A stretch of DNA of 64,000 nucleotides from the NCBI GenBank assembly GCA_002189035.1, contig CM007991.1:620001-684000 (forward strand). The letters run 5' to 3'. Positions 26,901-39,850 of this stretch are shown here, in pieces. Every line of letters begins with the position of its first letter. Positions within the stretch are counted from its first letter, which is position 1. Both the position numbers and the translations under genes were made by a program. The notes beneath the pieces are model-generated. The model ran no database searches. It saw only the letters and a list, made by a program, of their open reading frames with translations, and was not told the DNA's origin. This DNA is from Utricularia gibba. Taxonomy: Eukaryota; Plantae; Magnoliophyta.

Positions 26901-29900
26901 AGTAAACTTATCATATATTATTAGACAGTTCAGCAGTCTATAGTTGTTTAAACAGGCCTAGTTCTTTTCCATCTTTTCAAATACTTTTCCTCTTTGTCTT
27001 GATAGATTTGACAAAGAAAAATAAGAAGTCTCATGAAATTCGAAATCTGAGAATGACTGTCAGGAAACTAAGTTGTGGACATAGTACCTGGCACCATGGG
27101 AAGGAAGACTTTTCAAAGAGAACCAGCAAATATAGTATATAACAGTGGCACGTTCAATTGCCAAAACATCTCCAGGAAAATCCTTCCCAATAGCCTCAAG
27201 GGAGGATTCAAAGTCAGCAGAGTGCTTTGAACAACAGTTTTGTCCAAGAAAAACCAGTGAACTTGTCTGTAGAATTTTATGTGCTTCATGGACATTGCCG
27301 CATGCTCCAGCAAATTTACCTGCAAAAGGCATTCGTTCGAATATTTCAAGAACGTAAGGCAAGTATATCCTCTTAAATGCTATCCATTACCATAGAAGTG
27401 ATTCATCATTTTGTACATACATATGATTGTTCGTACCACTCAGAAAAGCCTTTCGCAATTAGGAAATAATTTGACCCATTAACAACTGTGCATACCAACT
27501 AAACATTGAAAAAGATAGCATGCCATACTTGAGCCTGCTTTCAAGGTAAACGCAAAATGATCAAGCATGAAATGCAAATATTTCATGTTTAAATCATAAA
27601 TCACCATTTCATTGATAGCATTAGCCCTTTAAATAAACTCTTCAAAATTCAAAGTAAAAATACACAAACAAAAGATATGTATATGTGGCATAAACTCGTC
27701 ATTGAATCAGAAGATACCTAGGCTGACAAGTAGTTTTGAGCAAATCTTTCTGAATGCAAGTTCTGAGTGTATCTGTACAAAGTCACTTAACTTAGTACAC
27801 TGCATGGCTTCAATGTGAAGACAATGCCAGCATCGCAGATTCTTGCAAACAGACGCAAGGCCACATAGAAAACCAGTGGAAGTGGAGTCAAAACCAATGG
27901 TGGGTTGATCAGAGCATTCAATAGCTCCAGAAAGCTCCTCGAAGGATAAACCTGAAGATTGAATTTGCCTCCCATGTTGGAACTTCTGAGTTTCAACATC
28001 AGAGTTATCCATGGAACGTGTGATTCTTCGATTATTTCCCCCTACCATGAACTTTCTATTGGTGGATTTTGCTTCAGCCTTTGTCTTTCTACCTTTCCTA
28101 CCTTGTGGTTTTGTACAACATGCATCATTTACGATGCAGTCTTTCATCCTTCGGGCGCTGACTTGGCAACTAACAAATGCATCAGGCCTTGCATTGGCAT
28201 CTCCAGAAAAGGTCCAATTGGAACAAGCAAGCTTCTCCAATGCAGATCTATACCAGCTTTTGGCGGTGAACAATTCACTGGTAGACTCACAGGAACTGGA
28301 ATACTTGCAGTATAGCAAATCTCCAATTTGCTGATTAATAAAAACTTCAAGCGCACATGAACATTGTTTACAAGAAATACTGTCATAATTGTCAGTTAAA
28401 TTCTTTTTTGCAGTTGACAATTCCTTCTCAGCAGTGCTCCACAGTTTTTGTTTGAGGTACATTTTTCCTAATTCAAGTCACACAAACAGTAAATCTATGT
28501 TGCCAATGTGGATCAAATAACGAATTAAGCCAAACTCCTTACCCAAAATTGATGAAAAATATATTTGGAAGTGCAGCAATCCCTGAAACTGAGATATATC
28601 TTTGCCCCACAATAAAAGTGTTTCAGCCTCAGATACATTTCCAAGAACTTCATGAATAAGGGCAACCTGAAAATGTAGATAATAAGAATCAAGTTCCAAA
28701 CAAAACAATTCGAAGAATCTCTAGTTCTAATGCTTCACATATACCTGAAGGACACTTTCAAGGTAACAGCTCAGCACATTCCATGGGGAAAGGACGCAGC
28801 CCTCAACGTTAAAAGAGTTTTTTATTACCATAGAGCCAATAACATTGAAGGCCTGGATGCTGTAGTAGCTTTTTTCAATGGCATGCCCATACTCATCATA
28901 AGTTTCCATAGTTTTATCAATGGAGTATTCAAAGTATTGTCGTAAAAGTTTACCACGTAGACTATGAGCCTCTTTTGCATATGTAAGAGCCTGTTAGTAC
29001 ATTTAGCATATTATTAGCATTTCAGAAAAAAGTCCATACGGTGATCAAACCCATAAGTATGACCCGGCCATCAAAACATGCTTTAGTTGGTAAAAGGTAA
29101 CAGGCTTAATTTCATCATACGTCAACTTTACCTCAGACATCTGAGCACTTGATATGAACCTTTCGGCCAGTTCATAATAGAGAGTGGATGCAAGAAAAAC
29201 CAAATCACTGGTTAATGGGACCTGGGCAGTGGGGGTGGGTGGGTGCAATGAGAAATTGCATAAGGGGTAGAACAACGTCAGATTAAATTTGGAAGAACTT
29301 ACATTAGACAAAAGATCAACAGCTGCTTTCTTACTCTCGAGAGTAGAGCAACCAAAGCCAACTACATTGTTCTTCAGTTCTTCCATACATGTTCTCCAAA
29401 ACCCAGAAGAATCAAATGGGTCCTCATGATACTTCGCAAATGTGTTTTTAAAGATTGGGTTTATAGGCAAAGCACACAGGGAATGGCTAAGCCTTTTGCT
29501 TTTCCAAAGTCCACAGAAAACCTTTGTAAAAGTAATTTTATTAACAGACAGCGGAATCACAACATCGTACAGACAAGCATGCATTTCCAGGAATCCCTGC
29601 AGCAAAAATACATAAAATGAAGTTTTGAATACGAAACCTCAGGCAAACAAACTATCTCACCTTTATTGATAACACATCAATGACTTGATACCACAAATAT
29701 AGCATATCTTCGTGCTGTTCATCATCATGTATGTGTTTTGTGCATGATGCAAGCTTCAATGCATCCTGAATTTCTTGAAGAAATTTACTGTCAAAAGAAA
29801 TGCATGCAAAACCAAAATTGAATAACTAAGCCATCAATAACATCTCACAATTTCAAGATACTAATGACCAGCTGAAAAAAATGGAAAAATTGCCCAAACG

Positions 29901-32900
29901 AACTCAACACTGAAAACAACCTCTTCGATGACAGTGCCAACCATCTTGGCTCTGCTTCATGGGTACATATTGCATGGAGAACATAAGCGTAAATGAGTAG
30001 GCTGCGAACTTCATAGCAACAGCTTCTTTTTGCATTGTGAATTGGTTTCTGTTATAGCTTCCTTTCAATTCATATGGAAATAAAAAAAAATACGTAAACG
30101 ATGTATTGAATGGAAAAATACCAGCGTTGAGATAGCAACTGTTAGGCATTGAATGCACTCATCAAGCTTCACCTTTCCAATAGATCTTAGTGCTTTAGCC
30201 TTCTTGATGAGGATCCTACATTTGTCCACAAGACTGCATTCGGCATCATACACCTCGTCTATAAGGAAAGACATTATTTTCAATCTCATCCTGAGACTGT
30301 ACTCTGGGCTCAGGTTGCTGTTTTCATCATATGAAATAATTTCCTGATAGAATTCGAGAAAGAGATGTTAGGACATCATAGTTAATGTGATACAATAAAT
30401 AGAAAATGAAACAAGCATGGGAACAAATGTCTGGAAATATACCTGTTCCAGTAATTTTCCAGTCATGACATTAGATGACTCATCAGGCGATGAAAGCAAT
30501 GAATACAATGTTACCTCATTTTCCACATCATCATCTTTTGGTTTCATACATTGTATCTAAGAATGAAATCAAGAGATCCAGTCAAATGAATAAATAACTC
30601 AGAAAGCTTGAGCAAGCATGTTTTTTTCTTCTAACTAAATGTCACCTTCACCCATTGGTTGATCAAAGGAAGTGGATATGGAACAGTAGGAATCAAATTA
30701 TGGGCAGCACACCAGCATCTAAGACTCTCAGCAACAACTTTCCTGACTTTGCAGTTACTGTCTTTATTAAGTCTCAATAGAAAGGCAGTTTTTTCAGATG
30801 CCTCTCCCACAAGATCTGATATAACCCTTATCCATTCAGCATCATTTTCAGGTAAATGTGAATCATGTCCTTCACAAAGGCAAACAACATACTTCCATAA
30901 AGCTCTGCAGGAAAGATTGAGGGCTTTTGTGGCCTGATAAAAAAGTGAAAACATATAAGCATAATAGGTGTGGTTGAATTCATCAAATCTGCTTATTGTA
31001 CAATCAGAAACCCGTGATTTTATTCCTACAAAAACGATCATGTTCATCATTTTTTTAGAAAATAGTTATATTAAAGTATTGCATCACATAACATTGCGTA
31101 GGGCTCAGGGAGTGCTTGTGTGGGTGGGGGAGCTGCGCATGAAAGAGAACTCCGTCAAGCATACCTCATTTAACCATTTATTCTGCTGCAGAACAGATGC
31201 AAGATTATTAAGGGAAATATATAGTTGCTTAAGCCCTTTACAAGGATCCCAATCAATTGATATCAAAACCTTTATGGCTCTTGTGCTTTCCTGAAAAAGT
31301 ATGATGACATACAGATTTAGATCTTCATTGAGAGGCAAAGCAGCCCTAGTAGATTCTAACAGAATAACAAAAATAGGACCTTAAACTTGTGATGAGTCCT
31401 GAATGCAAGGATGAGGCTAGCCACACCTACTAACGGTATCACTCTTTGATTGTCTTCACATGCCTCAATATCCACATCAGGAACACTACAATAAGAAAGG
31501 AGAGTAAGCTACTTCATACTAAACACTGACACCACCATTCATCACCTAATGAATGAGATAAATTACGCTACCTGTCACTCCTTGTATAAATACAGCAATA
31601 GTGAAGAAAAGCATCATGGATACAGGCTAAATCATTCCATGAGGTTGAAATATCCGCAGCACAAAAAATCCACTTTCTCTTACTGTTGATGGATTCAGCC
31701 ATTGACTGACAAAAGAATTTCAGGGCTTCCCAGTAAGAAGCAAAGGAACACTCTTTCTTCTGCAATTTTCTTTCTTCATCACAAATGCCAAAGTGACCTT
31801 CAAATAACTCAAGACAAGCAGCCACATGCGGAAGCTTTTCCTTCTCAATGAACGAAACTTCATGAATGGATCCAAAGGGACCATTGCCACGTTCATTTGC
31901 ATACTCCTCGTTCAAGCGGTTATGTAATGAAGATGTTATAAGCCCAATCTCATATAGCCGTATAATAGAACTAATGAAAGGAAGATCCTGAAAGGAACAC
32001 ACATTAGAAAATGTAAATTTAGGTATAGGGATGTTTGTGCGAAGAGAAAACAGAAAAAGAAATAACATTGGCAGAAAATACCTTAAACAAGTCAACTGCT
32101 AGTTTGTGAAGTTGTCTTGCAACTTGATCGCACAAACCTGCAGATACGCTTTGGGACTTTTTTACACAATAATGTACAAGATCCAGAAAACATGCTGTCT
32201 TTTCAACTCCAGACTGCCAATTAGAAAACAAATCAGCGCATCGCCATTTAGATGTCCAAAATGAGCTGAAAATATTACTGGAAGTGTGGCTACTGTTGAT
32301 TATTTATAGAATTCCATTTTGTGAATTGTCAGGTATGTTTACAGTAACAGCATGTGGTAAAGAGTGATAATATGAAATTCTAAGTAGATTGAACCACCCA
32401 TAAAAAGTTTGAAATTCATATGCAGTGTTGCAGAGGCAAGTCAAAAGCAAAGGTTCATATTACCTATCACTGACAAAAAGGAAAGAAAGCAAGCGATCCA
32501 TCGCATGAATAACACAAGACTTAACATCTACCTTGGATTCGGCAGACATAAAACTCAATACGTGATTAAGCACAGTAACAATTGGGTCATAATGCATTTT
32601 TTCTGTCAAAGAAAATATCAGCGAGCATATCTTCATTGCGACCTGTAATCAAAAAAATAGAGCATATGAGAAACGAATGACTATGATACAAATACTCCAG
32701 TTTGGCAAGGTAAAGTTTACTTCCCAATACCTTATACATCTGGTCTGGAGCATTTGACTTCATGTACTCTTTAAAGGTCACACGGCAGAACTCACATATC
32801 AAATCAACATTGAATGATTTTAGCTCCCCCACCAGAAAAAGAGTGATCATGTGCAAATATGTCACCATGAAATGATGAAATTTCTTGTAGTTCTCAATGT

Positions 32901-33739
32901 CCAAGATCCTAAAAGATCCACATGAACCCAGTAAGCTCAGCATTCAAGAAGCAACGCAGAATTAGTCACAATTTAGTTCCTTGGATATAAACGCTACCAT
33001 AAAAAGATTGCACCACAGAAATATAACATTAATAACATACACTTCTAAGATTATAGTCATACTTGAACCATGGCTCGGACTCCTCCACCAAAGCAACAAC
33101 TCTTCGGTATTCATCATCCTCCATTATCTTCCTTTTCGAGGCACATTTGATCAATGTAACGACCACCTCTAAGATTATTGACGCTGTCTTACTATGCACC
33201 TTATCTTGTTTCACAACAGGGAGAAAACACGATTTATTTTTTTTCAAATTACTCTTACATTCATCCCCAAAAATAACTCTTAAGTTCCGCAGCACAAGAA
33301 AGCACTCATCTTCCGCCTCTTCATACAACTCCCAGTGCTCCAAACTGTGCAAGAACCTAATCCGCTGTACCTGAACTGAATGGGGTTCTCCGTCAAGTTC
33401 CGGCGCCATAACATCTAGGCAATCAAGGCACACGCGATAAACCTCAAACAACTCAACCGCCGATTCCCGTGGGATTTTAGGCGACCCAGAGAGACGCTTG
33501 GGGAGAATAGAGAGGGATTTATGCACAAACGGTAGAAATTGCTTAGCCAGGGAACGAATTCCATTCGAGGGATTCGACTTCGAATGCTTCACGGCCTTTT
33601 TTGCAGTAGTCTGTGCGCGCTTGAAAAAAGGAGCAAACGATCGCAAATGACCAGAATAAAATGAATGAACGCCAGCAACATCTTCGGAGGACTGAATCTT
33701 TGAGATAACAATCGCCTCCGCCGCGGAGACGCCTTCCAT
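23974..33739 (-). CDS. ESP1: Separase (caspase-like cysteine endopeptidase), multi-exon, one apparent 1-nt frameshift
   Basis: Long N-terminal helical exons from ATG 33739. Peptidase C50 C-terminus: [10 protein letters not shown]|[36 protein letters not shown] (catalytic His), LLGCCSG (catalytic Cys), [24 protein letters not shown]. Internal exon boundaries only partly traced. Confidence 0.92.
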
Positions 33740-33778
33740 TTCGGTGGCGCTCTCGCCGCTTGCGATGGTTTGCGGGGG

Positions 33779-33786
33779 GCGGGAAA
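33779..33786 (-). promoter_or_regulatory. Canonical E2F site TTTCCCGC 40 bp upstream of the separase ATG
   Basis: + strand GCGGGAAA at 33779-33786 is the reverse complement of TTTCCCGC. Confidence 0.6.
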
Positions 33787-34140
33787 ACGTCGATTCATTT
33801 CATTTCTTGTGAGAAGAAGTGAGTATAAAAAGCGCCACTAATTTTTAGCAGATATTTTAATAATTAGCATTTTGATCTCCATCCCCACGAGATTTTTTAT
33901 TTAATTCCTAAAATCGTTCATGACGTCAATAATGTTACGATAACATATTAATTGTCTCTTAATCACCATATTAAGCAAGCGGCAAAAATAGAAATAAAAT
34001 TAGGTATTTAAACACGAAGCAGCCTATATTGGGCAAAACCTTGCAACGTGGCCTCATAGGCGCCACAAGAACTGCATCCGGAACCTAAAAAAGGTCGAGC
34101 CAGTTGACTGTGAAACCAATACTCGGCGGCGGCGGAGGAG

Positions 34141-34965
34141 ATGGCAACACTCACCAGAGCTATTCATTATTGGCTTGTCGATCATCCCTTCGTCGCCCAG
34201 TACGAATGGAAGCCAAACCAAACTCCCGGCGCGTCGCCGCTCTTCCTCGCCGTCACCGTCGTCACATATTTGGCACTCACCCTCTCCCTCCACTACTTTT
34301 CCCTCATCCCTGCAATCTCTCCGGCTGCCCTACGCCTCATCTCCGCCGCACACAGCCTCACCCTCTGTCTTCTCTCTCTCCTAATGGCGATTGGCACAAC
34401 TCTCGCCGCCGTCCACCAATCGCCGTCGGGAAATCCAACCTGGGCGATCTGCTTCCCCGCCGGCCGTACTCCGCCGCAGGGGCCGACTTTCTTCTGGGCC
34501 CACGTCTTCTATTTTTCCAAAATCATTGAATTCATAGACACGCTCTTGATTCTCCTCAGCGGATCCCGGCGAAGGCGGCTCACGTTCCTCCATGTCTACC
34601 ACCACGCGACGGTGCTGATAATGTGTTACCTGTGGCTCGCGGAGGCGCAGTCCCTGTTCCCAATAGCGCTGGTGACGAACGCGGCGGTGCACGTGGTGAT
34701 GTATGGGTACTACTTCCTCAGCGCGGTGGGGCTCCGGCCGCCGTGGAAGCGATTGGTAACAAATTGTCAGATCGTGCAGTTCGTGTTCAGTTTTGTGATT
34801 TCGGGTCGGATGCTCTACGAACACTTTAGCGGGTCGGGCTGCCAGGGGATCCGGGCATGGTGCTTTAACGCGATTTTTAATGCCTCGCTGCTGGTTCTCT
34901 TCTTCGACTTCCACTCAAAGAACTACACCCGCAAATCCGGGTCGGATTCTAAGAAAGCATCTTAG
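34141..34965 (+). CDS. ELO: ELO / GNS1-SUR4 family fatty acid elongase, intronless, 274 aa
   Basis: FYFSKIIEFIDT, LTFLHVYHHAT (HxxHH), TNAAVHVVMYGYY, CQIVQF, FFDFHSKNY; hydrophobic membrane segments. Confidence 0.93.
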   Translation: MATLTRAIHYWLVDHPFVAQYEWKPNQTPGASPLFLAVTVVTYLALTLSLHYFSLIPAISPAALRLISAAHSLTLCLLSLLMAIGTTLAAVHQSPSGNPTWAICFPAGRTPPQGPTFFWAHVFYFSKIIEFIDTLLILLSGSRRRRLTFLHVYHHATVLIMCYLWLAEAQSLFPIALVTNAAVHVVMYGYYFLSAVGLRPPWKRLVTNCQIVQFVFSFVISGRMLYEHFSGSGCQGIRAWCFNAIFNASLLVLFFDFHSKNYTRKSGSDSKKAS

Positions 34966-36043
34966 AGTAGAGATCTAGGGCTCTGTGCTATCATACTCTA
35001 TTTTATTTTATTCAGAAAATTCAATGTAATTGAGTTGGGACTCATTACACCTATTAGGTAAATATGGGAATCACAAATACTAATAATGTATAATTTTTGG
35101 AGACCCATTATACTAATAGTGTGTTACATAGTATAATATAAAAAATTTATATTTAAGATTATACATAAATTGTTTTATTAATTAATATATGTATGTCATC
35201 TTTGTAATGCTATATTAATCATAAAATCAATTTTAAAATAACAATGTTAAATAGAAATTTTCATTTCATCCCCATGCATCCAAAACTATTTGGTAAGATT
35301 AAATTAACTAAATATATAAGTTTTATAAATAGATATTTAAAATAATATTATATTTAATAAGTATGATTAAAATAAATAATAATAATAAACTCATTTAATT
35401 ACGAATTTTATTGAAGAATGCATCTATTAAATAAATAATTCTCAATATGTACAAATTAAAAAGTGGAAGGCATAAAGTTAAAAAAAGGCAAATTCATAGA
35501 ATTATTAATTGTATTTATTTTTTAACAAAATTTACTAACGAAAAATGGTGGGCGGGCTCCCTCGTTTTCTGGTGTGGTGCCTCTCTTTCCCTTTTCAAAA
35601 AAATTTGAAACATTGATTGATTCCCGTTTCCTCTGAAGCCCGCTCAGCGTTTTCGATCTTCACTTCTTACTCCCTCCATTTTTACCCTTTTGCTTCCCTC
35701 CTACCCATCTGCATAATTGGCCCATTCTTCTCGTTGTGCTGAATCTTCACTTCGTTCACTACGCCGTTGGGAACTGGGCAACAAAGAAACCGGATTCTGT
35801 CGACTGTTTTCATGTGAGTTTCTGGTACCCGCCTTTTTTGTGTTACGGGTATCGGTTTCAGGAGCTTGATTTGTTTGTATCGTGATTTGGTATCTGGGTT
35901 CGCATTGGCGTTTGATGGTTTCTGCGAGAACTTGATTTTAAGAACTCAAATTTTATGGGTAATTTGACTTTTGGTGTTTATGTCGCTGTGTGTGCGCGCA
36001 GATTCCGGATTGAAGCTCAGGTGTTGGAGGATTTTACTGGGAG

Positions 36044-37466
36044 ATGGATTCGCTGCCTGATGCTTTAGTACATTACATTTTATCCAAGATAAACAATGCT
36101 AAGGATTTGGCAATCTGCAATTGTGTCTCCCAGAGATGGAAGGAATCGATGCCTTATTTAAATAGGCTGTTTTTTCCTAGAAATGTGTTTGACAATCTCA
36201 CCCATGGAAAAACACCTGATGAGATTATTAGCCATATGGTTTCTTCAACCGTTAACCTCGAGGAGCTGGTTGTTTACTGCCCATTTTCGAGCATTGGGCT
36301 GGCCACATGGCTCTGTTTCGCAGGGAACTCTTTGAAGCATTTAGAACTTCGAATGGATAGCATCGTCAATTATCAAACTTCTACGGAAACCCCTTCAAAG
36401 CTGGAGCTTCTCAGATCTGCTCAAAATTTGGAGTCCCTGAAACTTTGGGGTGTGGTGATGATTCAGTCCCCAAGATGGGATGTTTTCCATAGACTCAAGA
36501 ATCTTGAAATAGTTGGTGCAAGTTTAAGGGACCATACGCTCTTGGAAGCTCTTCGAGCATGCCCGAATTTGATCCAATTGGTGCTTCTGGGTTGTGAAGG
36601 CCTCATGTATGTTTCTGTAGAGAATCCACATCTTGAGCAATGTAAACTTGACTTCTTTGGAGCTGGTGACTGCTATCTTACATTAAACTCATCGAAGCTT
36701 AAGTCCCTTGAAGTACAAGGTTGCAGTGTGATCCGGGTTCATGAAACACAACAGCTGAAGAGCCTCTCTATTTCGAACAACGCAGGTGCTGATTAACTTT
36801 TTGATTAGCTCGTGTCATGTAGTATTCATACTTGCATCATCTTAGATGAGTTCTTTTTCAACAGGTCGCATTTCTGCTGTTGATTTCGGTAAGCTTGTGG
36901 CATTAGAGACACTGTCCATGAGAGGAGTGCAATGGAGCTGGGATGCAATAAGCGGGATGCTCCAAATGGCTACCGAAGTCAAGCATCTCTTCATGAAAGT
37001 GGAGTTCACGGGAGATAGTGGCAACCTTCAACCCTTTCCAGAGATGGATTTCGTGGATTTCTTCAACGGTCATGCCAAGCTTGAAACCTTGGAGATTCAT
37101 GGGGCCATGTTTGCTGCTCTCTGTCAAAAAAACAGCTTAAGAAGTGTGAGTTTGGATCCTATTCTTCAGCAGCAATAGACTTTGAATACCACGTTTGTTG
37201 ATTGAAAAACTGTGCTCATGTGACTGCAGGTGGACTCAAGCTTTTCTATTCCATCTCTCGAGAAAGTAGTGATCACTGTGCGGTCACCATTAAACGCAGA
37301 ACAGAAGATGGTTACCTTGGAGTCACTACTTCACTACGCAAAGAGCTTGAAGAAGATGATCATAAAGATTCTTCAGATGAAGAGCAGCCATAGCAGTGCT
37401 GATGATTTCTTCGAATATATCTGCAGGCTCAGATTCATGAACCGCAATATTGTTTGCATTGAGTAG
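36044..37466 (+). CDS. F-box/LRR-like protein, At1g10780-like, 3 exons (36044-36785, 36865-37146, 37231-37466)
   Basis: N-terminal F-box MDSLPDALVHYIL..CNCVSQRWKESMPY, LRR-like repeats, in-frame GT-AG junctions, C-terminal ICRLRFMNRNIVCIE stop. Confidence 0.85.
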
Positions 37467-38637
37467 AATCAAAAGTGCTTCCAATAGAATTCATTAACAT
37501 TTTTTCTGCACTTGTTTTTTTGACTTTGAGAGGATTTTTGTTAATTCGGATGGATGGACGTATCTCACTTGTGGTGCTCGCCCTGTGTTCATGTGGAGTC
37601 TCCAAATCCTAAAACTGAGTCCTCCATTAAACTTTCAGTTCATTATTAATTTGCAGGTGTAAGCATGGCATCACCCCATCCCATCCTTCACTGCATCTGT
37701 AAACACCAATCACTGTGGTTGTTTTGTTCTCAGAGTTTGTGCCTTGACAGAAAGCCGTAGAGCGAGGGCTTGTTGGCACGCACCCTCAGAGATGACGATA
37801 GGGACTTCGCTCCTCTCATACCAACACGGCAAGTGTAAAACTATCACTCCTTTCTCCATCCCAAACAACTAACCCAATCTATCTAATAATTAAAATTCGT
37901 CTTCAAAAAATCATAATTGAATCATAGTGAATTATAAACCGTTTACGATAAAAATTAAATTAAATTTGATATAACCGTAGTTTAATCAATTTGAATTACG
38001 AACAATTCCTGAAATTGACAAAATATTATAAATCGCTATTTTTTAATAGATTTGAATTATTATATATGATGCATGCAGATGGGATTATATCATTATAATT
38101 TAAATTATATTTAATAAGATTTTGTGATTAAAAATATTTTTTTATTTTGATATATCCAAATTATTTTTAAGTTATTCGTTAAACATATAAAAATCACAAA
38201 TTTAAGTCTTTGTGATCATTAAAAAATGAGTGTGGGCCCATGGGTGGGTAGACCGGTTTGCATTCATTTTCTAGTTGCTGTCCCTCTTCATTCACCTTGT
38301 GGCGTCCGAACCGGCAAAATTTTAATTTTGCTTTTGCTCGTCCTTGTCCTTTACTACTATTTTTTTCCCACCCCCAAATAACGGAATATTCCATTCCTTC
38401 AAACTAACCGGGCCATTTATGTAAATAAGCAACTTTTTCTATCTACATCCAGAAAATTCGTATGATATTATGTGATTTGCATATTTAAACTTTATGTTTA
38501 TTATCTCGTAGAAAAAATCTTATATAAAGTTTGCACATATATAATCTTTATATTGACTGTATATAACTTCGATAAACTCTTTATTTAATCTTTTTTTCTT
38601 CTTTTGTTATTGATTGCACATGCCTAGTATTGCTCCT

Positions 38638-38645
38638 TATAAAAA
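38638..38645 (+). promoter_or_regulatory. TATA box of the MIR166 primary transcript
   Basis: TATAAAAA about 170 bp upstream of the hairpin, with no protein-coding gene downstream. Confidence 0.6.
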
Positions 38646-38814
38646 GGGTAACCATATGCATTGTTTTCTACTACAACAAAGAGAATGGAATCCAGAAGTG
38701 AGGGTTGAGGTGCTCCCCTAAAAAAAGCAAGTGCAGGATCCACACAGCTAGCTAGGGTTTCTTCATCACTTTGCTCTTCTTCTTCCCCTTGATGCCGAGT
38801 TCAGTAGTTTGGGT

Positions 38815-38919
38815 GTTTGTGGGGAATGTCGGCTGGCTCGATGCACGAACTCACAAGTGTGTTCTTGCTTTCGCAGGGACTGAGAATGGGCATCGGACCA
38901 GGCTTCATTCCTTTCAAAC
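38815..38919 (+). ncRNA. MIR166: MIR166 precursor hairpin; mature miR166 TCGGACCAGGCTTCATTCCTT 38893-38913, star strand about 38823-38843
   Basis: The mature 21-mer matches the miR165/166 family. The 5' arm GTTTGTGGGGAATGTCGGCTGGCTCGATGC pairs with the 3' arm GCATCGGACCAGGCTTCATTCCTTTCAAAC. Confidence 0.95.
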
Positions 38920-39353
38920 TCTACCACCCTTCTCTAAGCACAGCAATCTGATCTTTTGTGTGTGTTATTCTCATCCTTTATGCGAAACCCACATCGGGTA
39001 CCGAAACAAAGATCACACTCTCATCCATTGGAGTTACGAGTGAAGGTATTGCTTGTTGCCATGAAGCTGATCACTCTGAGCTGACTCTACTGAGTTCGTT
39101 CCTCATCGTCTTCTTCTGTCAGACTCTGAGAAACTGAATGCTTACTGTCAGTATTCATACACGATGTTGCTGCTGTTGTCCATAACACGTAACTGGAGGT
39201 GCATGTGCGTCTCTCCGTTTCCTGAATGAGCTGCCTGCTCTGACAACTTTCTGTGAATGAACCCCACATTCAAGAACAAGAGTAAAAGGAAGATTTCACT
39301 CTCGCACTCCATTGATTTCACACAGGCAAACACTGACACCAAGGATACTAAAA

Positions 39354-39743
39354 TGTTGATGCAACCTGAGAAGGAAATTACAAGCAAACTGCTCCAATCA
39401 AACAAATCAGAAGAATCAACTGCAAACCACATTGATGAAGAAGAAAATCCAAGAGGAAATCTACAGATATGCAACGGCTAGAAACGGAATTAATGCAAAG
39501 GCCATCCATACACGTCTCTAACGGTCCAAAAAAAAAAAACATATGAATTTCCCTATAAGTAACGAGCTCTTCGCTGTAACTTGTTGTAACTCAATTCTTC
39601 AAAATTGAAGAAAAGAAAAACTCACTTTCATACCTGTTTACGCTCTCTTCATACATACTGTATTTTTACATCAAAGTTGCATCTACCCAGCAAGCAACGT
39701 GAATACACAGTCAAGAAATTGAAGAATTGTTCTATGTTCTTTA
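39354..39743 (+). repeat. 5' LTR (390 bp, TG...TA)
   Basis: Identical to 44453-44845 except one G/A substitution and poly-A length (12 vs 15). Confidence 0.95.
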
Positions 39744-39761
39744 TGGTGAACCCGACGTGAA
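39744..39761 (+). promoter_or_regulatory. Primer-binding site complementary to the 3' end of tRNA-Trp(CCA)
   Basis: TGGTGAACCCGACGTGAA is the reverse complement of TTCACGTCGGGTTCACCA, the plant cytosolic tRNA-Trp 3' end as recalled; it directly abuts the 5' LTR. Confidence 0.85.
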
Positions 39762-39850
39762 GCCATTTCTATACACGCTCTGCTTCTGGTTCCCTGCTGT
39801 TTCAAGTGCTATATCTTGTATATCGTTTTCTTGTTTTCTTTCTCGATAAC

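Noticed and set aside
29222-29276. Pyrimidine-rich stretch ending CAG|GT inside a separase exon that looks like a retained intron
   Set aside because: The candidate GT-AG pair is only 55 nt and would shift the frame; the ORF is open without splicing.
34381-34914. 177-aa - strand ORF
   Set aside because: Antisense shadow of the GC-rich ELO coding sequence.
35050-35540. AT-rich intergenic tracts here and at about 900-1030, 23160-23570, 37870-38200, 49780-50400 and 61770-62030 as possible MITEs
   Set aside because: No terminal inverted repeats or TSDs found by eye.
39087-39481. ORFs flanking and entering the 5' LTR as an interrupted host protein gene
   Set aside because: Rejoining the empty site gives no long ORF on either strand; the region is better explained as the MIR166 downstream region.
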